A DNA stretch of 64,000 bases, taken from positions 2,068 to 66,067 of IMG/VR virus record IMGVR_UViG_3300046804_002424; one strand, 5' to 3'. The DNA comes from a virus (Duplodnaviria > Caudoviricetes). Made by a program: the position numbers and the translations under genes. The stretch's first letter is position 1. Each line of letters starts with the position of its first letter. The notes under the pieces were generated by a model. That model saw only the letters and a list, made by a program, of their open reading frames with translations, made no database searches and was not told the DNA's origin. This document shows positions 1 through 10,884 of this stretch, in pieces.

Positions 1-1
1 A

Positions 2-697
2 AAGAAGGAAGAAACAAAGACTGATCAAGAAATCAAAGTTACACCTAATGATTTAGGATGGAATGACTATGTTCTTGGTTTATTGAGCGATGACGAAAAA
101 ATAGATGGTAATCCTACTACTGATGGATTAAGAAGAATATTTGAAATAGCCTTAAACTGTGAAATAATTGAGTCTACCAGTTCTGTAGTTCAGTCTCCTA
201 GTCCAGAAAATGAAAAGAGGGCCACCGTAGTACATCAGCTGGCCTATGTTTTAAAAGATGATGCTGCACCATCAGAAATTAAAACAAGGGTTGTGAGCGG
301 GGCCGCAGACGTTTATTGGGGCAATTGCGACAAGGTTTATAGAAATCATCCTGTTGCCGTAGCAGAAACACGAGCAGAAGGTCGAGCCCTAAGACGAGCA
401 TTAAGGCTAAGAAAAGTTGTTGCCGCAGAAGAATTGGCCTCTTCCATTGACGATAATCCTGATCATGATTCTGTTAATAAAATCAGTAGTAATCAGATTA
501 GTTTTATAGATAGTATTTCACAAAGATTAAATATTAACGTTAAATCACTACTTGCTTCACTAGAAATTGGATCAGATAATATCTATGCGATGACACATAA
601 TGATGCTGTCAATGTTATTAGGTCTTTATCCACACATCAACAAAATCTGGATTCCATACCAAAATCACTGTTGGGATACGAATCTAGTTGGAGGTAA
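2..697 (+). CDS. Putative Rad52/Sak/Erf-like single-strand annealing protein (5'-truncated by window)
   Basis: Frame is open from position 2. The AETRAEGRALRRAL motif and a C-terminal S..Q..I..L...T..DA..VI helical motif resemble phage SSAPs. Confidence 0.5.
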   Translation, partial: KKEETKTDQEIKVTPNDLGWNDYVLGLLSDDEKIDGNPTTDGLRRIFEIALNCEIIESTSSVVQSPSPENEKRATVVHQLAYVLKDDAAPSEIKTRVVSGAADVYWGNCDKVYRNHPVAVAETRAEGRALRRALRLRKVVAAEELASSIDDNPDHDSVNKISSNQISFIDSISQRLNINVKSLLASLEIGSDNIYAMTHNDAVNVIRSLSTHQQNLDSIPKSLLGYESSWR

Positions 698-699
698 TT

Positions 700-1035
700 A
701 TGAAACTAAGATATAAAGTTAATAGCAAATTAGAATTTGAATTAGAGGGTGAAGGACAAAAGGAAATTTTTAAAGAACTTGCTGCTGTGCAAGAAATATT
801 CGGAGAAGAAAAATGTGGACTGTGTGGAAGTCAAAATTTTAAATTTGTTGTGAGGAATGTTGACGGCAACGACTTCTATGAGTTAAGATGTATGGACTGC
901 GGAGCCATATTGGCTTTTGGACAGCACAAAAAGGGAGGGACTTTGTTTCCCAAACGTAAGGACGATCAAAATAATTGGTTACCAAATAAAGGTTGGCACA
1001 AATGGCAAGGATCAAAGGATACAGAGAGCAAGTAA
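700..1035 (+). CDS. Zinc-ribbon hypothetical protein
   Basis: CGLC...CMDC pairs; GGAGG SD before ATG 700. Confidence 0.65.
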   Translation: MKLRYKVNSKLEFELEGEGQKEIFKELAAVQEIFGEEKCGLCGSQNFKFVVRNVDGNDFYELRCMDCGAILAFGQHKKGGTLFPKRKDDQNNWLPNKGWHKWQGSKDTESK

Positions 1036-2033
1036 AAGATTTAGTATATTACGGCTATAATAAAGGATTATGGCAAAGTTTATTTATAAACATATCCATA
1101 CTTTTATTATTAGCTATTATATGTAGTGATATTCCAAAAAAGATTAATGTTGTAGTACTGACTCTTGGGGAACCAGAGCAGTATTCTGATATTGATATGT
1201 CATTAGCTCCAGAAATACAGATAAATAATTTAACAGATTCTGATTCATCTAAAGAAAGCACAGATCAATATCTTGTAAATGATCCTGCTGAGGGAGAAAT
1301 TATTTCTGTTAATTTAGATATTGACACCCCCATAGACACGACATCTATTAAAGAATTTTCTCCAACCGGAAAAGAATTAATGGAGACTTTATCTGGTCAA
1401 TCTCAAAATTATGTTGATCCTTGGAGTGATGCTCCATCAACAGGATTGGGCAAATCTTCAAGAAAAGGTTCTGGTGGTAATGGAGATGGTGCTGGAAATG
1501 GCGGCTCAAAAATAGAAAAAAGACTCACCAAATATAGGGCAAAAACCGGAGATGTTCAAGTATCTATATCTTGGGATAATTTTAATGATGTAGATGTATG
1601 GGTACGTTATGAAGGTAATGGGTACTCAAGCGACATTGGATGGAGAAATAGAGCAGATCGTTGTGGAGGTATGCTCGATATTGATTGCAATGTTTCTCCG
1701 ACAACAAAAGAACCAATCGAAAATATCTTTTGGCCTGTGGGTGCTGCCCCACCAGGAAGATATACTGTATATATTCAAAGATTTCATCAATGGGATAAAC
1801 CATACAGTACAAAAGTCGATATAAGAATTTTATGGGACGATAAAATTGTCAATAGACATGCATCATTAACAAACAATGATATGATAAAAGTATTTACTTT
1901 CACAAAAAAATATGGAAAGAATCCAGTCTCGCCAAAAATACAACCAGAAACATTTATGGATGCTTTATTAGCCCCTATGCCATCTTATGATGATGTAGAC
2001 ACTGGACCCCATTTATTTACTGGACAAGATTGA
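993..2033 (+). CDS. Membrane-anchored protein with YfaP/DUF2135-like C-terminal domain
   Basis: N-terminal hydrophobic helix, acidic and Gly-rich linker, then GDVQVSISWD..DVDVWV...GGMLDID.N...ENIFWP...PPGRYTV. Confidence 0.6.
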   Translation: MAQMARIKGYREQVKDLVYYGYNKGLWQSLFINISILLLLAIICSDIPKKINVVVLTLGEPEQYSDIDMSLAPEIQINNLTDSDSSKESTDQYLVNDPAEGEIISVNLDIDTPIDTTSIKEFSPTGKELMETLSGQSQNYVDPWSDAPSTGLGKSSRKGSGGNGDGAGNGGSKIEKRLTKYRAKTGDVQVSISWDNFNDVDVWVRYEGNGYSSDIGWRNRADRCGGMLDIDCNVSPTTKEPIENIFWPVGAAPPGRYTVYIQRFHQWDKPYSTKVDIRILWDDKIVNRHASLTNNDMIKVFTFTKKYGKNPVSPKIQPETFMDALLAPMPSYDDVDTGPHLFTGQD

Positions 2034-2518
2034 TCTGCCCATAATAATTTATTCATATAATTTCGTTCTCTAGATAAAGCGCATCCACATTTTAGACAAG
2101 TATTATTTTTATAAAATTCACAACCTTTGCAAATCTCCATCCTTTGATCAATTTGCTCTTGTGAGCATTGTTTTTTATTTTTATTAGCAGTTTGTTGAGA
2201 CGGAAGAACATCAATAGGTTTAAGTATAGGAGATGGTTGACCAAACCACCAATCATGAACAACGCTGGGTTTTTCTTTATTTTTTTCTATCATTTGCTCG
2301 GAAACAACTGTTCCGTCTTGTTTCATAATTGTAACTTTATCTAAAGTTATTTGAGAATAGGCAGGGTGCTGAGATGCCTCATGTAAAAGAACAGGACATA
2401 TACGAGATATTTCATCTACTCCTTCGGGCTTTGTTGCAACAAATTGACAATATTTACAAACAACAAAATTACTTTTTAATTTAGAGTTTTCAAATACACA
2501 ATAAATAGAAGTATCCAT
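1985..2518 (-). CDS. Cys-rich hypothetical protein with DUF6171-like C-terminus
   Basis: RMEICKGC...CLKCGC...CPVNKW and an N-terminal CxxC; AGGAG SD. Confidence 0.6.
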   Translation of the reverse strand: MDTSIYCVFENSKLKSNFVVCKYCQFVATKPEGVDEISRICPVLLHEASQHPAYSQITLDKVTIMKQDGTVVSEQMIEKNKEKPSVVHDWWFGQPSPILKPIDVLPSQQTANKNKKQCSQEQIDQRMEICKGCEFYKNNTCLKCGCALSRERNYMNKLLWADQSCPVNKWGPVSTSS

Positions 2519-2569
2519 ATAATAATCTCCTTGTATTAATATAATACATCACTATATTTTTTTGTCAAT

Positions 2570-4204
2570 TTATTCAGTTATTACAACACATTCTTTAGCT
2601 GTTATCTTACAAAAAACCATAATTAATTTAACAGGGTATGGCTCTGAAACTTTCTCTGGAATAAATTTTGTTTGTCTTACAATATTGATAGCTTCTGTGT
2701 TACTTGGACATTTAGAATTAGGATCTTGTTCACATTCATCATTACCTGCTTTATCGCAATTGTTACATATTCTCCAATATTGTTTATCTTGAACAGGTGC
2801 ATCGTATCCGTATATAGAGTTAGAAAATATTCTTGTAATTTTATGTGTTGAACAATATTTTGTACTATATGTACACATATCATCTGATCTTTGATAAATC
2901 AGATCATTGCCACAACTACTAGCGTCGCATAATTTTTCTTTAGTAGTTTTACTATAATTTGGTCCCTCTTCTGCACATTGACTATTTATTGCATCTTGCA
3001 TAGTATCTATGAAATTTGAATCACAGCAATATCCTCTACTATAGTTTTTAGAATCTGGTATACATTTATTGGTTGTCCCAGTCTCATCTTTTAAACAGTC
3101 TTCCATACATGCTTTATAGCCAGTATACGGGCCGGTATCGGTTTCTGATTGATCTCCAACGGCTTTCTGAGAACACTCCGATCCATCGCACCACCATGGA
3201 TTTTCAGAACCGTCCCCATCCACAGGACAAGGTTGATTATATATTCCATAATACCCCCACCAAGATCCCCAAAAATTATTTGTACAACAATCGTCTCCGA
3301 TATATCCTGCATATGAATATGCTCCCCAATACCAACCTGAATTCCATGATCTTAAATCATAATTACAGTCTTCTAGATCTTCGCACTTGTAACAAGATGG
3401 GCATGTATAATAACCAGAGTCATTTCTGCCACATTCGCAATCGTCTAACTCCCATAAGTTTTCTATAGAAGTAGCAGCAGATGTTCTCAAAGAATATTCT
3501 TCTGGCATATCATTTGGATAGTCAGGACATTTTGCATTACTCCACCAATAATATCCGCTATCGCATTTTGCTTTTGGCTCTGTAGAACAATCAGTTTTTG
3601 ATCTTGTGCATGTTGTGTCGTATATTGGTATAGAAGTTGTGCATGACGAATCTGGGTATACTGGTTTTTCAATGCAAGCATATGGTTGAGTTACCAGTTC
3701 CCATTCTACTGTATATTCTTTTCTGACAATTTCATAATCATAATCGCATTCTCCTTCTTTACATTTAAAGTTAGAAGGCGCCTTACAACATCTTCCTTCT
3801 CTATCTTTATTATTAATTAATACACAATAATTATTATCATTATAATCTGATACACAGCCGAAGGTTTTACATCTCGCTATTCTTGGCTTAGCACAAGAAG
3901 ATGCTTCAAGATCATCACAATATTGACCGATAAAATTAGAACAGTTTGAATTATACCCATTACATTTAAGTGAATCAGGAGCATCTATTTCACTGTATAA
4001 AAAAGTTAAATTATCTCCGTATGCACTCCAGTTATATCCCCAACCCCACCAATTGTTCCAATATCCATTATACCACCAGTTTGTTTTACAGGCCATGCTT
4101 CCGCGAGAAGAATCACACACCTGATCATCTTTAAAGCATTTTTCTGTTTCGTCTGATGCAACATATTGCAGTTGACCATTTTTATCAAAATAAGTTTTAG
4201 ACAT
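2570..4204 (-). CDS. Very Cys/Trp/Tyr-rich putative virion protein
   Basis: About 47 Cys in about 545 aa (hand count); WWGWGY-type patches; coupled to the upstream gene (probable start MSKTY at 4204). Confidence 0.6.
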   Translation of the reverse strand: MSKTYFDKNGQLQYVASDETEKCFKDDQVCDSSRGSMACKTNWWYNGYWNNWWGWGYNWSAYGDNLTFLYSEIDAPDSLKCNGYNSNCSNFIGQYCDDLEASSCAKPRIARCKTFGCVSDYNDNNYCVLINNKDREGRCCKAPSNFKCKEGECDYDYEIVRKEYTVEWELVTQPYACIEKPVYPDSSCTTSIPIYDTTCTRSKTDCSTEPKAKCDSGYYWWSNAKCPDYPNDMPEEYSLRTSAATSIENLWELDDCECGRNDSGYYTCPSCYKCEDLEDCNYDLRSWNSGWYWGAYSYAGYIGDDCCTNNFWGSWWGYYGIYNQPCPVDGDGSENPWWCDGSECSQKAVGDQSETDTGPYTGYKACMEDCLKDETGTTNKCIPDSKNYSRGYCCDSNFIDTMQDAINSQCAEEGPNYSKTTKEKLCDASSCGNDLIYQRSDDMCTYSTKYCSTHKITRIFSNSIYGYDAPVQDKQYWRICNNCDKAGNDECEQDPNSKCPSNTEAINIVRQTKFIPEKVSEPYPVKLIMVFCKITAKECVVITE

Positions 4205-7200
4205 TTTTTGCTCCGGCAAAACAATCTATACATTCAGATGTTACGTTGTGGCATATATACAACTGTTCATTTTCAGATTTAAAATTAATTTTTGGACATT
4301 TAAATGAAGAAGATCTTGTACGATATATTTTATTATATTCATCATCATTAATCATTCCAATTATTACATTATCATAAATTTCAAAGGATAATTGTATATT
4401 AAGATCTGTCTTATCTTCGCAACATTCTTCGTCTTCTGATATACACTGATTCTCACAACAAATTTCATCATCTGCACATTCTGAACATCCAGAATCATCT
4501 TGATTTTTAAAAGTTAATTTAAATTCTTTATTAAATACCTTTACGGTACTGGTTGAATCAATTTTATCCTGTTGAGAAGATACATATGTTTTATATTTAT
4601 AATATGATTTTACTTCTCGTGTTTTTATCTGATATGAGGATGCTACAGTATGAACTTGTTCTAGTGATAAATCTTCACAGTATCCATTAGAAGTTTTGAA
4701 ATTTCCATCTCCGTCACAAGAAGCAGTCCAACTCCAGTGTTTGACTTTTAATCTTTTACCAATTTCTGCACATGAATTATAATCGCATCCTGTATCTGGA
4801 CAACAAGATTCTGGGGAGCATCCACCTCCTGCTGATGTTGATGTAATATAACATTGACCATCATAACAAGCTCCTCCTATACTATTAGCATTACCAATTG
4901 TAATATAATCACTAGTATTACAATAACTATTGCAGTTATAATATACTGTTTCGCTTGATGCTATATCATTAGTAGCATTCCAATAGGTGGCATAACATGC
5001 ACAACACGCCGCCGAGCCTTCGCAACTAGATAAACATTTGGCATAAGCTTCACGAGCTTGATTAAGCTCGCAAATCATTCTATAATATTCTGTAGTTGAT
5101 TTAAATACTAATTCATTATATTTAGAATTAGTTCCATTGTCATCAATATATATAATTTGATCAGATGAACTTTGAGATACAAATTCTGTTGATTTTGGAC
5201 AACTATTATTATATTGGTCTAGAGCTTCTTTAGATGGTCCCACAACCTCTCCAAAACAGGATGGTGCAGCATATGCCTTAACAGTTTTTGTGATAGGATC
5301 ACATGCATCTGACACATAATCTTTGTATGCATCTCCATCGCCTGGATTTAATGTGAGTATATCATACTCATATTCACATGTCTCTTGTCCTGGATCTCCA
5401 ATCAATTTTGAGCCAGGAGGGCAATAACATTCTCTTGGTAATGGATCGCTATAGTAAATTGATGCTGAGCAATTAATATCTCCACACTGTCTACAAGACA
5501 AATAATAATCTTCTGGTAATGAAATTTCTTCGCATTTAATTAGCTCATAATCAGAACTTATAGACTTAAGGTACTCCGCAGCATCTTCACAACTCCATTC
5601 CTCACATCCGTATGGCTGGCAATCTACTCCGGCGTTGCAAGGCTCTTGAAGATCAGAAGCGCACTTAAATTCTCCTTCACATATAGTCTTGTATACTGTA
5701 AGATATGATTCTGTTTTTGGATCAATAACTACATCATTAAAGCATGAACTCTCAAGAATCAGTCCTGATGCAGTATCACTTAATGTAAAATCGCACGTTA
5801 AATTATCTAAAGATAAAGTAAATAATTTTCCTGGACCAATACATTTTTTGCTTTTAATATCAAATGTATGATTTATTACATATTTAGAACCAGAGTCTGG
5901 ATCATATTCATATAATGGAGCAGATATCACATTTGGATGATCTACAGAATTTCTATATCTTAATTCATTTTCTATGATTACGGAACTAGGAACAATATTA
6001 AGTTCGGCAGAAATTTTATTATTTTTTAATACAGATAAATCTACTAAAACACCAGGGATATACTTTGATCCAGCGCTATAGTCTTGAGCAATAATAGTTG
6101 AGCATTCTTTATTAGTATCCGCACAACTATAATTATATAAAAATGTTTCACCAATATTTGGAAAACTTAAATTAGTACAAGGAATATCTATAGAATCACT
6201 TTGAGGCAAAAATGTAAATGTAATTTCTTTAACTGGTTGTAAATTTGGCTTTATATCTTTTTTAAGTTCGATAACATAATATTCTAATGATTTAAATTCT
6301 ATAGTTCCGCTTAAATTACCAGTTGGACAAATATCTTTGCATGAGACATCTTTTTTGGAATCTTTAAACCAAAAATCTTTACATTCTTCAATTTCTGTAT
6401 TTTGTTTTTCTAAACAGTCTTCTCTATCAGATAAACAATTTTCTCTTCTTTGCAAACAAGCGTCTATATCTGCTTGATCTTCATAGACATCACAATCTTC
6501 AGAACTACATTCTTCTTCGGTTTTACAACAATAATTTATAGCATCGCATTGTTCTGGAAAAGAGATTTCTGTAATATCTAATAACTGTTGATCTGGTCCT
6601 ATTAATCCTAATATATCATATATGTCTCCTTTAGTAATTTCATATGATTCTTCGCATATATTTGTTGGATACCTATCTGAACATGTGTCTGTATCTCCTG
6701 CACACTTATATTCTATTTTTTTAGGTATTTTATATTTAGTATTATTTGTTAATAATATATTTTTAGATGTTAATAAATTCCATTGATCATTAATTTGTAT
6801 ATCTATCCAATATAAATCATCATTATATGGAACTTCCATCTCTTTATAAAGATAATTATATGATTTTGGTTTAAAGAAATCTTCAAAATAAATAATACCA
6901 CTATTACTTAAAATTGGTTTTTTAGAATCATCACTTTCAAAAATATTCAGATCCATAAAAGGATTGAAGTCCTTATTCAATGATCTAATATGAGACTCTT
7001 TCATTAATAAAAAGTCACTTGAATCATTTATAGCTTCTGTCTTTTTTTGTCCTAATAAAGATGGGCTTGGTTCATGTTTATAATATGATATTCTAGATCT
7101 ATTAGATAATTGTGTCGGATCTACATTATCAAGAGAAACAGTATAATCTTTAATATAAAAAGCTTTAGCGCTAGATGCTGCATCTAAAACAACATCTATT

Positions 7201-10200
7201 GGTATACAAAAATCAGAGTTTCCTTGAGCTATAAGTTCACCATAGATTGGTAAAATATCATTTTTATTATATGTAATAATAATTTCATCATTTTCATTTA
7301 CATCTTCTGCTTTTCCTCTAAAAATTTCTTTATTATTGTGTTTAAATATTAATAATCCAGAGTTTCTAGCTTTTGTATTTAATTTAACTTTAATTGTTAA
7401 TGGCCCAGTGATTGATCCGATATATATCCAACCATTAGTATTATTTATAGATCCTTGAGAAATAATACTATCTCCTGGTAAATATAAGTCATTTGCAATT
7501 TCTAAATTTTGTTCATAATTTAATATTTGAAATTTACGTCTATTACTATCGTCTAATGTGTCAAAAAGTCTAGTTGTTGGGAAAAAATATGTCTGATTTG
7601 CTATATCATAATTATTTACAAAACTTATAGGACATCCCCAACTAAATGATGTATTTTCTGTAACACTAGTTCTTATGGTTGAATTATTATACCATATGTT
7701 ATCAATAGGCTGTCCATACCATTCTTGATTTAAAAATAAATCCTGTTGATATATTGCTATTCCATCATATTTTTTTGCAAGTTGAGCGGCGTACCCATAG
7801 GATAAATTGCCCCATTTGCTGATAGTTAGTTTTTCGTCTAGATAAGTTTCATTTGGTCTATATATAATAATAGATTGATTATATTGACCATTTTTAAGTG
7901 TTTTGTATAAATATCCTCTAAGATATAATTTATCGTCTAATGTTTTATTAATACGAAATTTATTGGTATCTAATATTTCTGTAATAAACACATTTTCTTT
8001 TTTAGAAGAATCAATAGCAGATACTACCGTTATTTCTTCTTGCCTAACAAATGGATCATCAATATAGTTTAAAACTCTAAAACTATTATTGCTAGAACTG
8101 TCAATTTCTAGTATGTCTGTCTCGGCCTCTCTAGTATATTTAAAATCATTATAAGCATACCCATATGCATAATCAATATTAATATATTCAAATGGAATAT
8201 TTTCCAGAATCATAGACTCTATTGGATTATATTTTGTTTTTGTAAAATTATTATTTACATAATATGATCCACCCTCTGTCTTGATCCCTAAATATGTGCT
8301 ATTATCAATTTTATTTTTTTGCTGTTCTGTCATTCCACTTGTACTATAAATAAAGTTATATCCTGGTAGATATTGTTCTTTATACATAGCTTTAGCATTA
8401 TAAAAATAATTATTAAGACTTTCTTCTAGTTCAATTGTAACTAATACTTCTGTCCCTATACAACTATCAAATATTTTTTGACCTTTATCATCTATAATTT
8501 GTGTCCAGGCTATTCCTCCGTGACATGATCCTTCGTATGCACACTGGATAAAAATATCCATAGTTTTACCAGATTTGTTACGAACTTTCTTTGGAAGTGT
8601 TAATACGGCCGTTCTGTCTCCTCCTGGCACTGTTCCTGGGTCATCTGGACCTCCTCCATTATTTAAATTCGCTATTCCAATAAATACATCATTGACATAC
8701 ACATTGAATTTGGCTCTATCGCATCCGTGTCCTCCAGGGCAAGGGCCGTCAGTATTACTATATCTAACATAAAGAGTATACGATCCTCCACCAGCTGAAT
8801 ATGGTGTTGGAATTGATAATCCATTGTGTATTGGTATAATTGGAGATAGATTATGATATTTTGTTTCATAAGTCCAGCCAAAGTTTGGGTGGAAAAATCC
8901 TTTGGTTCCCGATACATCTAGTCCTGCTAAAATAGATTTTCTAGGATAATCTAACTGAACTCCAGATAACTCAATCGCCCATTCTATTCCTTCTCCAGTA
9001 GGAGGAACACTAATTTCTATAGATACTTCTGTTGGATTTTGAGTTTTCTTTGTAAGACACAAACTTCCAGCTACGTTTGTAAAATATGGATCTTCATTTT
9101 TTTTATAATTATCATTCCAAGATAATTTAAAATGAGCATTGGTTGATTCATAATTCATAATTAATTCAGCAGGATAGTCGAAATTTAAATTAATATTTTT
9201 ATTTCCGCATCCTTCAATTCTATATGAACAATTCTTATCCATTGGGAAAATTGGTTGATGTGTTTTAGGTAGTGGTGTGCCAGGATTTGGGTGTCCAGAT
9301 GGTAATATTAAACCATAACTATTAACTTGATTTTGAGTTAAACCACCATAATATTGTCCAGATGGCAGATAAAACATCGAAGTTGATGGAACATATATGG
9401 TTGCAGATTCGTTACTTAATTCTTGTTGACCACTAGCTTCTGGATGTAGATCCATTAGTGAGAAACATTTACATGTCGAACTATTTTCATTTATAAATGG
9501 TGTGCATGATGGTTTTGAGTCTGATCTTAAATATGAAATAAAAATACCACTACTAAACTGAACCTGTGAATTATTATGTGTTTTTACTTTAATAAAAATA
9601 TTGCTTGGAGTACCATCTAGTTTTTGCGGAGATGTTGTTTTTTGTACAAAATATGGTCCATCAAAAGATTCGCCATTAATTGCTGATGAACACGATGTAT
9701 CCCTACTTAGTGATGTTGTAAAGTCAATTCCTCCTAATCCGTGCAATTTTATCATATTAAAATTAGGATTAAAAATACCACTTGTTTGTTCAGATAAATT
9801 GTATCCTATAGTTTCATTACCATATTTAACATAATTGATATTATATTTTGTCTCTGTTGGGTTTTCTCCTTCTTCTGCTGGAGGCTCCTGAACTGTAAAG
9901 ATTTCATCAGATCTCACTGCTTCTAATTTATTTTGATCATTTAAATAAACTGAAATATCATATCCTGTCGATTGCTCTTCGTCCGAAAATAACAGATCTG
10001 TTTTCATCTGTATTTCTATATTCGGTCCAGTAACGCTCTGAAAATTAGATTTTAATGTTGCTTCAGATGCTTCTGGAACGATCAGTTGTATTCCGTATTT
10101 GGAGCTTATTTTTTTTAGTAGTTGTATTTTATTAGTTATAAAATTACCCTGTCCAATATCTGAATATCTTTTATTGGACATGCCAGACAATTGAGGATAT

Positions 10201-10883
10201 AAGAGTCCAAGCGAAGTTCTTTCGTAATTTAATCCATTGTCCGGGCCTGATAAAATTTCTGTGATTCTATCAATTTGTGGACCAGTAGACAATATTGCTG
10301 CATTAATGGAGGCCTCGGATGAATTATATCCTGCATTTATCAATGATGATTTTATAGTTAAAAATGATCCGCTAATGTTAGGAGTAACTATCGGGCCATC
10401 TTCTATTATTGCCATATCTCCATCAGAAATATATAGATCAATGCCAGGAAACATTCTAAGATCTTTTTCTTTTGGACGATCCATATTATAATATCTATAC
10501 CAAAACAATACTCCACTAGTATATGTTTTACAGTCATAATATTTGTTAAGATTTATTAGCCAGTCTACAGATAGTTGTAATTTCCCTGTTATTGTCCAAT
10601 TTTTAAATTTTGGATTATCTATCAAAACGAAGCTTTTAATTCCTAATCCATCAGGAGTTGTTGACTCACAATCACTTGCTTGTGTTCCTACTTTAATCCA
10701 TTGTTTATTATCTGGATTTTTTGCTGGTTCTCCGTACAATACTGGTTGCCAAATGCCACTATATTTAGGATCAAATTCTGGTATTAAGGTTTCAATATCA
10801 TATTGAAGTGGAGTACTGCTATCGAATGTAGCAGATAGTTCATTAATAAAAGTTGTGTCTTTGACCTTGCAATCACAAGTCAT
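4197..10883 (-). CDS. Giant putative tail/baseplate protein with Cys-rich C-terminal third
   Basis: About 2230-aa ORF; GGAGG SD before MTCDCK at 10883; lies downstream of the tail genes. Confidence 0.6.
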   Translation of the reverse strand: MTCDCKVKDTTFINELSATFDSSTPLQYDIETLIPEFDPKYSGIWQPVLYGEPAKNPDNKQWIKVGTQASDCESTTPDGLGIKSFVLIDNPKFKNWTITGKLQLSVDWLINLNKYYDCKTYTSGVLFWYRYYNMDRPKEKDLRMFPGIDLYISDGDMAIIEDGPIVTPNISGSFLTIKSSLINAGYNSSEASINAAILSTGPQIDRITEILSGPDNGLNYERTSLGLLYPQLSGMSNKRYSDIGQGNFITNKIQLLKKISSKYGIQLIVPEASEATLKSNFQSVTGPNIEIQMKTDLLFSDEEQSTGYDISVYLNDQNKLEAVRSDEIFTVQEPPAEEGENPTETKYNINYVKYGNETIGYNLSEQTSGIFNPNFNMIKLHGLGGIDFTTSLSRDTSCSSAINGESFDGPYFVQKTTSPQKLDGTPSNIFIKVKTHNNSQVQFSSGIFISYLRSDSKPSCTPFINENSSTCKCFSLMDLHPEASGQQELSNESATIYVPSTSMFYLPSGQYYGGLTQNQVNSYGLILPSGHPNPGTPLPKTHQPIFPMDKNCSYRIEGCGNKNINLNFDYPAELIMNYESTNAHFKLSWNDNYKKNEDPYFTNVAGSLCLTKKTQNPTEVSIEISVPPTGEGIEWAIELSGVQLDYPRKSILAGLDVSGTKGFFHPNFGWTYETKYHNLSPIIPIHNGLSIPTPYSAGGGSYTLYVRYSNTDGPCPGGHGCDRAKFNVYVNDVFIGIANLNNGGGPDDPGTVPGGDRTAVLTLPKKVRNKSGKTMDIFIQCAYEGSCHGGIAWTQIIDDKGQKIFDSCIGTEVLVTIELEESLNNYFYNAKAMYKEQYLPGYNFIYSTSGMTEQQKNKIDNSTYLGIKTEGGSYYVNNNFTKTKYNPIESMILENIPFEYINIDYAYGYAYNDFKYTREAETDILEIDSSSNNSFRVLNYIDDPFVRQEEITVVSAIDSSKKENVFITEILDTNKFRINKTLDDKLYLRGYLYKTLKNGQYNQSIIIYRPNETYLDEKLTISKWGNLSYGYAAQLAKKYDGIAIYQQDLFLNQEWYGQPIDNIWYNNSTIRTSVTENTSFSWGCPISFVNNYDIANQTYFFPTTRLFDTLDDSNRRKFQILNYEQNLEIANDLYLPGDSIISQGSINNTNGWIYIGSITGPLTIKVKLNTKARNSGLLIFKHNNKEIFRGKAEDVNENDEIIITYNKNDILPIYGELIAQGNSDFCIPIDVVLDAASSAKAFYIKDYTVSLDNVDPTQLSNRSRISYYKHEPSPSLLGQKKTEAINDSSDFLLMKESHIRSLNKDFNPFMDLNIFESDDSKKPILSNSGIIYFEDFFKPKSYNYLYKEMEVPYNDDLYWIDIQINDQWNLLTSKNILLTNNTKYKIPKKIEYKCAGDTDTCSDRYPTNICEESYEITKGDIYDILGLIGPDQQLLDITEISFPEQCDAINYCCKTEEECSSEDCDVYEDQADIDACLQRRENCLSDREDCLEKQNTEIEECKDFWFKDSKKDVSCKDICPTGNLSGTIEFKSLEYYVIELKKDIKPNLQPVKEITFTFLPQSDSIDIPCTNLSFPNIGETFLYNYSCADTNKECSTIIAQDYSAGSKYIPGVLVDLSVLKNNKISAELNIVPSSVIIENELRYRNSVDHPNVISAPLYEYDPDSGSKYVINHTFDIKSKKCIGPGKLFTLSLDNLTCDFTLSDTASGLILESSCFNDVVIDPKTESYLTVYKTICEGEFKCASDLQEPCNAGVDCQPYGCEEWSCEDAAEYLKSISSDYELIKCEEISLPEDYYLSCRQCGDINCSASIYYSDPLPRECYCPPGSKLIGDPGQETCEYEYDILTLNPGDGDAYKDYVSDACDPITKTVKAYAAPSCFGEVVGPSKEALDQYNNSCPKSTEFVSQSSSDQIIYIDDNGTNSKYNELVFKSTTEYYRMICELNQAREAYAKCLSSCEGSAACCACYATYWNATNDIASSETVYYNCNSYCNTSDYITIGNANSIGGACYDGQCYITSTSAGGGCSPESCCPDTGCDYNSCAEIGKRLKVKHWSWTASCDGDGNFKTSNGYCEDLSLEQVHTVASSYQIKTREVKSYYKYKTYVSSQQDKIDSTSTVKVFNKEFKLTFKNQDDSGCSECADDEICCENQCISEDEECCEDKTDLNIQLSFEIYDNVIIGMINDDEYNKIYRTRSSSFKCPKINFKSENEQLYICHNVTSECIDCFAGAKNV

Positions 10884-10884
10884 C

